From Fonticula alba ATCC 38817 (Eukaryota > Protista > Nucleariida), in assembly GCA_000388065.2 (NCBI GenBank), contig KB932202.1: DNA of 15,363 bases; one strand, 5' to 3'. The notes under the pieces are model-generated. The model saw only the letters and a list, made by a program, of their open reading frames with translations, was not told where the DNA came from and did not search any database. The translations under genes and the position numbers were made by a program. Positions 8,356 through 15,363 of this stretch are shown one piece after another (position 1 is the stretch's first letter; the number at the start of each line of letters is the position of its first letter).

Positions 8356-10371
8356 TCACGCCGGGACCAGGTAGCACAGCAGGAGCTCCAGCGCCGAGGC
8401 CCAGGCCAGACGTCGCTCAACGCCAGGCTCCACGGGGGTCACCTGGTCCAAGGTCATGGGTGCGGCGCCCGCAAAGGGGCACCCCGGCGCCGGGTCATCC
8501 ACCGGGTGGAGGTGCGTCGCCCAGCCCCCGGCCGGGGTCCGGACGTCCGCCCGCAAAACCAGCCTCAGCCCGGGCCCCGGCAGCGAGAACAGCCCAATCA
8601 CCAGCCCCAGGCTCCCGCCGGCCGGCAGGGCCAGTGACGCGTCCTCGCGCCAGGGCCGGGCCACATGGCGGATGGCCACCCCCGGCCGGGGGAAGAGCAC
8701 CAGCACTCGCCGGCCGCCGGACGGACAGCGCTCGCACAGGCCCTCCTCCGGGTCTAGGGCCACCACCGCCGTGCATGGCCGGCCGGCAGGGCCCCCCGGG
8801 GCCAGGTCGCAGATGCACCGCGTGTTGCCGGCAGGCCGTCCACTGGCCAGCGCCGCCAGCCACACCAGCGCCGTCAGCAGCCGGCGCCGGGCCCCGGGCC
8901 GAGGCCGGTCCGCGGGCCCGGAGTCCCACAGCCCCGGCGACAGGGGGCGTGCCCTGCCGGTGGGCCGCCGGGGGGGGGGGGGGGGGGGAAGGGGGAGAGG
9001 GCAGCCGAAAAAAGATATATGCAAAGACCCAAGCAGCAGAGGGGCACAAAAGAATGGACAAACGCCGGGAGGCGGGTCAGCCATCGAAGTCGCCAGCATG
9101 CAAGGTTGTGCGCATATGGGGGCGAGGGGCGAAGGGCGAAGGGGGGGGGGGCGGGGGGCGGGGGGCGGGGGGCGGGGGGCCAAGCGCACGCCATCAATCG
9201 CAGCAGGGCGTCCAACGGCCGGGCGGTCGCCAGGAGAAAGGGCAGCCCCGGGCGCAAGACCGCCAGCCGGGACAGGTGCCCGGCCAAATGGGCGGCCACC
9301 AGGCCGGCCGGGCCGGCGGCCTGGAGCAGGCTCGCCTCTGGGCGAGGGGCCGCCAGCGCGGCGGTCGCCATGGGGCCAGCCCCGCCGCCGGCCGCGGCGA
9401 TGGTGGCCTTTCGCGCGCGGGCGTCCGGCCGCCGAGCCTTGGCACGCGCCCCGGCCGTCAAGTCCACCACCTGCGCGGGCACAAGATGCCGCGTGAACAC
9501 CGGCTGCCCCGCGAGCAGGTCCACCTCGGCCAGGTCCACCAGATCCTCCTCGCAGGCCATGGCCCGAGGGGGAGCCCTGGCCGGGGACCCCCCGAGGCCG
9601 GGGGAAACACCGGCCGAGCCGCGTCCCAGCGCGAGACACGCCTCGCCGGTCGGCCGCCGGGCCGACTCGGAGCAAGGGCCCCCGGCCGGGCCTGGCCCGA
9701 CCCCCAGACACTGGTCGCCGGCCAGGCGCGGCCCGTCGCCACTGCGCAGCGGCCGCGGCAGGATGGGCCTATCATCGGGCACATCGGCCGGCCGGCTGGC
9801 CGGGGCCTGCGGAAGTACGGGCACACTGTGGACTTCATCGGCGTCTTGCTCCCGGACGTCAGTCAGGCGGCCCTCCGGACCATGGGGCGAGAGGAAAAGA
9901 GCCGGGCCCGGATGGCAACGCACCAAGCACGCCGCCCTCGCGCACCGAGGCCAGCCGGCGAAGGGCCCGGCCAAAGGTGTCGCTCTGGCGCACGGCCGCC
10001 GCCCCGGTGAAGGCCACGCGCAGGAAGCGGTCTGCCAGGGGCCCGGAGGCCGGGCCCGGCTTCAGCCGGAGGAGCAGCATACCCTCCTCCGCCGCTGTGC
10101 AGGAGGCCACGGCAGCGAGCTTCCCCGGCCAGGAAGCCCGGAGGATGGTGCGGAGCCACACGAGACAGGGTCAGGCCTCCAGCGACCGCGGGTGATCCTC
10201 CCACGACGGCGTGCGCACCTTCACATGCACCGGTGGCGCCGAGCCGCCGCGGGTAATGACCAGGAAAAAGTTGAAGCACCCTGTGGCATGCGCAGTGTCA
10301 GCTCGGGCTCGGGTGCTCGCCAGGAGAGGGGCTGCATGCATCGATGAAGGGGCAGACAATACAAAGTCCAT

Positions 10372-10415
<44 letters not shown>

Positions 10416-10592
10416 ACGCGCAGATACGCGCAGATACGCGCAGATACGCACCATCGCGCGCAAAGGACAGGGTCACGCTGGCCGAGCGGGGGGAGGTCCC
10501 GGTCGGAGGCCCCGGGCGCCGAGCGTCGCGACCCGGCTCCCGAAAGTGCAAGTTCTCTGTGGATAGCTGGCAAGGGTAGATCCCGCCGAGAG

Positions 10593-10634
<42 letters not shown>

Positions 10635-10692
10635 CGCTGTCGCTGGTGCCGCCGTCGCTGGTGCCGCCAGTGTTGTTAGGAGGGCCGGCCAT
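8356..10692 (-). CDS. Hypothetical protein of about 563-594 aa with an N-terminal poly-Ser and a possible PH-like beta-sandwich; exons 10692(or 10719)-10452, 10280-10219, 10119-9946, 9806(or 9872)-9190, 8953-8356
   Basis: Minus-strand ORF pieces (10171-10719, 9859-10161, 8874-9974, 8356-9711) join in frame through four introns with GTGCGY donors and CTGAC branch-like sites. Some acceptors are ambiguous. No family was recognised. Stop TGA at 8358-8356. Confidence 0.6.
10373..10450. repeat. (AC)21 microsatellite (10373-10414) plus a 10-bp tandem CAGATACGCG x3 (10421-10450) in intron 1 of the hypothetical gene
   Basis: Read directly from the sequence. Confidence 0.9.
10594..10629 (-). repeat. 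(AGC)12 trinucleotide repeat encoding poly-Ser
   Basis: (GCT)12 on the plus strand, in frame as S12 in ORF 10171-10719. Confidence 0.9.
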
Positions 10693-11371
10693 CGGGCTCG
10701 CGCGCGCAGAAACGAACATAAACAGAGGGGGTGGTGGGGGGGAGGAGGATGCCCAAAAACCGGGAGGGGACCCGGCTCCTCAGAGGCACGCCGGCGAAAA
10801 AAGCCCCGCCCTCCGCCCCCCGCTCGCACCGACGGCCGCCAGCCCCAGGCACATGCCAACGGCTGGGGCCGGGTGGTGCTTCCCCGCGCCCGGGAAAACC
10901 CGCAGCGTCTGGGGCGCCATCCCCAGTCCCCAGGCGGGTGTCCAGAGGTCGAGGTGTGTTTTTATTTCCCCCCCCCCGCCCCCCCCCCTCCCGCCCTCGC
11001 CTGGGTGCCGGACCATGTGTTGCATGGGGGCCGGGCAGGACGCCGCCATGAATATAAGAATCGGACCGGCAAGTTCAGACGGGGCAGAACCGCCAGGGCC
11101 CGTGATTGGACCCGGAACATGATCCCAAATAGCCTCCGCGGCGGGCGCGTCTGCGGGTTTAGGTGAGAATGGTGTTAGACAAAGAAAGGCCAACGCCGGC
11201 GGAAGGAATACACACACCCAACCCCGCAGGGGCGCATGACCCGTCTCCCGTCCGCGTGATCCAGCAGCCGAAATCCTGCCCCCCTGACTGGACACCGACA
11301 CACCGGGCGGGGGACGGGGCGCGAGGCACATCGGCCGGACAAGGCGATACATACATCCAGGGAAGGGGGCA

Positions 11372-11377
11372 TTTATT
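11372..11377 (-). terminator. Candidate polyadenylation signal AATAAA of the PITH gene
   Basis: Canonical hexamer about 96 nt downstream of the PITH stop, in GC-rich context. Its use in this organism is unverified. Confidence 0.4.
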
Positions 11378-11472
11378 GGGCAGGATGGCCGGCCTGCAGG
11401 AAAGCAAAGGGACAGACGAGAGAGGTGTTCGGATTGGCCCGCGATCTCGGGCCATCGGGCGAAGCGTGTCGA

Positions 11473-12036
11473 TCAGGCGTGCGAGTGCTCGACCTGCAGC
11501 AAGGGACCGGGGCCCAGGCAAGGGCGGCGCAGGGGGGCGGCGAAAGGAGGGCGGGGGGGGGGGGGATGTTAGATCGGGAGGCCTTTTCCGGGAAGAAGGT
11601 CCGGCCAAGGGGCGGGGGGGGGGGCGTGCCTTCTTCAGGTCGCTCATGTTGGTGGTGCCGGCGCCGATGCCAAAGACGTCGATGCCATGGATGCGCGTGG
11701 TCTCAGCGCCGTGGTTGGACTGGACGAAGATCTTCGTGGTGACAGGCGGTGCGGAGGTCAGGAAGGGGGGGTGCGCATGTGGTGGTGTGCCGGCGTGGCG
11801 CCGGAACCCCGGAGCAGGAGGGCGTATATGGATGGGCGTGTGCCTGCCTGCTGGGGCCAGGACAGGGCCCCGACGTACGGTGATGTTGGACACGCGCTGG
11901 AAGCGCGCGATCCGCAGGGGGATGTAGCACCCGGCAGCCAGCGAGGCGGCCGTCAGATCGGACTCCTGGGGTGGGGACAGCTGTGTGTCAGTGCCAGAGC
12001 CCTGGTCGCGGGGGGGGGGGGGGGGGGGGGGGGAAT

Positions 12037-12135
<99 letters not shown>

Positions 12136-12272
12136 CGGCATATGCGAGGGGGGAGGGGCGGTACGCACAAATGCCGCGGTCAGGGAGGACCCGTTCTCGA
12201 AGGACACGTCGTCGCGATTGACAAACACCCGAATGCGCTTGGGCGCGGAGTCTGGCCACGCGTCGTGCGTGT

Positions 12273-12310
<38 letters not shown>

Positions 12311-12786
12311 GCGTGAGTGTGCGCGAGAGGCGGGCAGCGAGCGGGCGAGCGTGTCAGTGCCCAAGCGCAGGGGCCCAGAGCGCAGGGAGGGGGGGCAAGG
12401 CCGCAAGCAAGGCACGCACCCGCGTCGGTGGCGGTGATCTTCAGCCCGGAGAGGCTGACCTGCTCCACGAAGTACATGTCCAGGATGAGCTCCTCGTCGA
12501 CGTCGCTCTCGACGAAGGGGGTGGTCTTCTTCAGCAGCCCGGTGAATGACCGGTCACCCTTGTCGTTGATCCCCTGCGACTGGCGCTGGTCGACCAGCTC
12601 CAGGAGCGAGGGGTGCTGCGGGAGGCAGGCCCGAAGTGGATGCGCGCGGGCGGGCGGTCAGACAGGCAGGCCAGGGGTCCGGGATGGGTCGACAGCGTGC
12701 AGCCGGCCGAGCAGGCCACAGCCCAGGCCGGGGCTCGGGCAAGGGACCCCCGAAGGGAGACGCACCTGGGGCTTGGAGGCAGACAT
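11473..12786 (-). CDS. Stand-alone PITH-domain protein (TXNL1-type PITH, no thioredoxin domain), 169 aa; exons 12786-12766, 12615-12420, 12251-12169, 11965-11879, 11731-11630, 11493-11473
   Basis: The spliced protein MSASKPQ|HPSLLELVDQ...FVESDVDEELILDMYF...APKRIRVFVNR...IPLRIARFQRVSNIT|IFVQSNHGAETTRI...TTNMSDLKK|VEHSHA* follows the TXNL1 PITH pattern (LESDCDEQL, PKxVKIFIN, VPLRYVKFQNV, IFVQSNQG..TTRI, TNMNDFK). Exons sum to 510 nt. The last intron is GC-AG. Confidence 0.9.
11494..11629 (-). other. GC-AG intron (136 nt), last intron of the PITH gene
   Basis: Donor AAG|GCACGC, branch TCTAAC (11573-11568), C-rich tract and acceptor TGCAG| (11494). Splicing yields the short C-terminus DLKK-VEHSHA*. 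Confidence 0.75.
12010..12135. repeat. Poly-G run (poly-C on the sense strand) in PITH intron 3, length probably inflated
   Basis: About 24 G, then AAT, then about 99 G. Confidence 0.9.
12268..12322. repeat. Imperfect (GT)n microsatellite in PITH intron 2
   Basis: Read directly from the sequence; boundaries are approximate. Confidence 0.85.
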
Positions 12787-13628
12787 GGATGCGGGGGATG
12801 GGAGGCGGGGGGGGGGGGAAAGAAAGGAAAAAAGCCGGGGTGCAAGGGACAACCGCGGCAAGGGGGCAGGAGGTGCGGGGCGAGGGGCTGGGGCGGTGGG
12901 TGCTGGCCAGGGCCCGCAAGGCAGCGGGCGGCTGCTGGCGGTGAGCCGGGCGAAAAATGGCCCCCATCGTCCGACCGGCGAGCAGGGCGGCCGCGGTGTG
13001 TCGCCTCCCGAGCCCCGCCGATCGCGGGGCACATTCGCGCGCGCGCGCGCGCGCCTAGACGCGCCGACGACGCGGGTCCGATCCCCCGGCGGAAAGGCGG
13101 GAAGGCCGCCCCGGCGGCACAAGCGTCTAGAAGGTGGTGTTGCGGTCATGTCAAAAGGCCGATCACATGAACGCCGGTCAGTGGGGACCTCGGCCGGGGG
13201 ATTTCGGCGATCGCAGCGTCGCGATCGCCCTGGCGCCCCTCCTCACATCGGTGGTGCACTCTCCTTCGGCCTCCTGCCGAGCCGCCCTATCCCCCTCCCT
13301 CGCCTTTTTCCTCGCCCCCCNNNNNNNNNNNNNNNNNNNNNNNNNNNNNNNNNNNNNNNNNNNNNNNNNNNNNNNNNNNNNNNNNNNNNNNNNNNNNNNN
13401 NNNNNNNNNNNNNNNNNNNNNNNNNNNNNNNNNNNNNNNNNNNNNNNNNNNNNNNNNNNNNNNNNNNNNNNNNNNNNNNNNNNNNNNNNNNNNNNNNNNN
13501 NNNNNNNNNNNNNNNNNNNNNNNNNNNNNNNNNNNNNNNNNNNNNNNNNNNNNNNNNNNCCCCCCCCACCTCCGCCTCTTCGCCCTCCCCCTCACCTCCC
13601 AAAAGAACTCCCCCTCTCGGACGCCAGC
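12787..13628. promoter_or_regulatory. Divergent (head-to-head) promoter region between the PITH gene and RINT1, including a 239-N gap (13321-13559)
   Basis: Flanked by the two divergent ATGs. Contains (CG)9 at 13036-13053, three CGATCG sites and a 9-bp inverted repeat. Function is inferred from position only. Confidence 0.6.
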
Positions 13629-15351
13629 ATGTGCGACGCCGACCCGGCGCGGGCCGTACGGCGCCGGCTCGTCCTGGCTGCCGAGGCTGGCCTTGCGGCC
13701 GCATGCGATCCCCCGGACGACGACCTGTCCGCCGAGGCCGATGACCACCGGGTGGCCCAGATCACTCGCGCCATTTTGGATGCCCTGCCGGTCGCGGGGC
13801 AGCCCCTGGCGGACCTTCCGCTGGCGCAGGCCCTGACGCAGGAGCTCGCCACCGGCGCCGGCGCCGAGGTACGGCCCTCCTGCCGGCGGGTATCTCGCTT
13901 GCCACTCGCGCAACATGGCCGGCTGACATCCTGCTCGCCCTCTCTCCGGGGCCCGCCACCCCCGGGCCGGCTGCTGGCCACACCGCCCAGGCGCATCGTC
14001 TTGCGGCCGAGGCTGGCGCCTCCATCACCCAGTCGCTTCGGGACCTGACCGGCGCGCGGCAAGCCCTGGACGAGCTCCACCTGCTGGCGGACGCCGAGAA
14101 GGCGGCGGCCGTGGCCGCGCGCGACCCGGCCCGCCTCGACCACGACCCCCAGGGGACCGTCCACCACACGGTGGAGGGCCTGCTTCGGCCGACCGCGCGC
14201 GCCCTGCTCGACGCCATGGAGGCCGAGCGGGCCATGCGCGTGGCCACCAGGCTGGCCGGCCTGCGCGCCGGGCTCGGGGCCCTGCCCGGGCCGGCCCGTG
14301 ACGCCGGCCTGGCCCTGCTGAGCCGCCATGCCCTCGGGTCGCCCCGTCAGCTGGCCCTGGCGGCGGTGGCCCGCGCGGCGGACCTCCTCGGCGCCGGGCC
14401 CGTGCCGGCCGTCCCCCGGTCGCAGGTCATCCGCCTGGTGGACGGCCACGCGGCCTGTGCCCAGGTGGCCTCCACTTTGGGCCCGAGCGCGCCGCCAACC
14501 TTGGCCGCCACGGCCCGGCGCCTGCAGCAGGAGTTCCTCGCCACCGCGTGCATCGTGCTGACCTGGTGCGTGGGCCCCCTCGCGCTTTTGCCCGGGCACG
14601 GCCTCGCTCTCTGACCCCCTGCCGGGCTCCTGCCGGCAACTCAGTGCCATCCTCCGGTCGGCGGCGGCCGAATTTGACTGGCCCCGGCCGCCCGGCATGA
14701 CCGACCATCCGGACCCCGGGCCCCTGGCCCCGGCGGATCAGCTCACCTTCTCCGAGGCATTCCTCATTTTCCTGTCGCTCCAGTACGCCCCCTGCCCCCC
14801 CCCCCCCCCTTGCGGCCGATCGGTCCTTGCCTTGTGGCGTGCTTCCCCTCCCCTGACTGCCGGCATTCTGGCGACCTTCCTGCCAGATCCTCCGAGTTTG
14901 GCACCATCCTCCCGGCGGCGGATGCCGGACACACGGCCCCGGGGCCCGGGCTCCTCCCCCTGCGAGCCATGGTGGCCCCCCTCGCAGCCCAGTTCACGGG
15001 GCACTTCCGACCCGCGGCGGCCGACGCCCGCCTGGCCCTTCTGAGCAAGGTGCCTCATGTGCCCTCGCCCGAGAATGCCTGCCCGCCCCGTGCACGAGCC
15101 ACAACTCACGCCCCTGTCCCCCCTCCCCCCCCCCCCTCGTCCCCCCTCGCTGTCGCTGTGCCCCGGCACACTTGCCGTAGCCCGACTGGGCGTGTGCGTA
15201 CATTTTGTCGCTCTACCAGCGGCACTCGGCCCGGGTGGCCGACATGTGCCAGGTCCTGGTGGATGCCTTCCTTCGGGTGCAGGCTCAGGAGCGCGCCGCG
15301 CGCCAGGCCAGCGTGGCAGCGCCCTCCGGCCCGGCCAGCCTCGACGTCCTT
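13629..15351 (+). CDS. RINT1: RINT1/Tip20-family ER tethering (Dsl1/NRZ complex) subunit, 3' partial; exons 13629-13868, 13991-14565, 14645-14782, 14887-15049, 15181-15351, continuing beyond the window
   Basis: The spliced segment LPLRAMVAPLAAQFTGHFRP...LLSK|PDWACAYILSLYQRH...CQVLVD matches the RINT1/Tip20 signature (LP..ml.Pl..RF.YHF...T....KPEW). All introns are GT-AG and phase-consistent. A possible next donor GTGTGT lies at 15352. Confidence 0.75.
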
Positions 15352-15363
15352 GTGTGTCCCCCC

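Noticed and set aside
9019-10347. 442-aa minus-strand ORF and other overlapping R/P/G/A-rich ORFs at 8400-10300
   Set aside because: Alternative frames of the orphan gene. The splice-compatible frames give more protein-like sequence.
13206-13229. GCGATCGC as cyanobacterial HIP1, implying horizontal transfer or contamination
   Set aside because: Only a local pair within clearly eukaryotic spliced-gene context, with no bacterial-type genes.

Overview
Very GC-rich, intron-dense eukaryotic genomic DNA, probably a unicellular protist (Fonticula-like opisthokont is only a guess). It carries three N-gaps and two probably inflated homopolymer runs. Six spliced protein-coding genes can be reconstructed by joining ORF-track fragments at GT/GC-AG boundaries. 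They are a PTC7-type PP2C phosphatase (+, 5' partial), a CENP-E/kinesin-7 motor (+, start codon in a gap), 5-formyltetrahydrofolate cyclo-ligase (+), an orphan of about 560-590 aa (-), a stand-alone PITH-domain protein (-) and a RINT1/Tip20 tethering factor (+, 3' partial). The most interesting unexplained element lies in the single oversized kinesin intron (941 nt, versus 64-236 nt for the others). It is an antisense ~77-nt unit with Pol III box A, box B, an upstream AT-rich patch, a 5'/3' panhandle and a UUUU terminator, which resembles vault RNA architecture. Other notable points are a CENP-E-type C-terminal CaaX (VPQCQQQ), a GC-AG intron, 5' splice sites that all carry C at +4, clustered CGATCG motifs, and a probable assembly-artefact duplication. 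All exon calls and homologies were made by eye from motif recognition; no searches were run.
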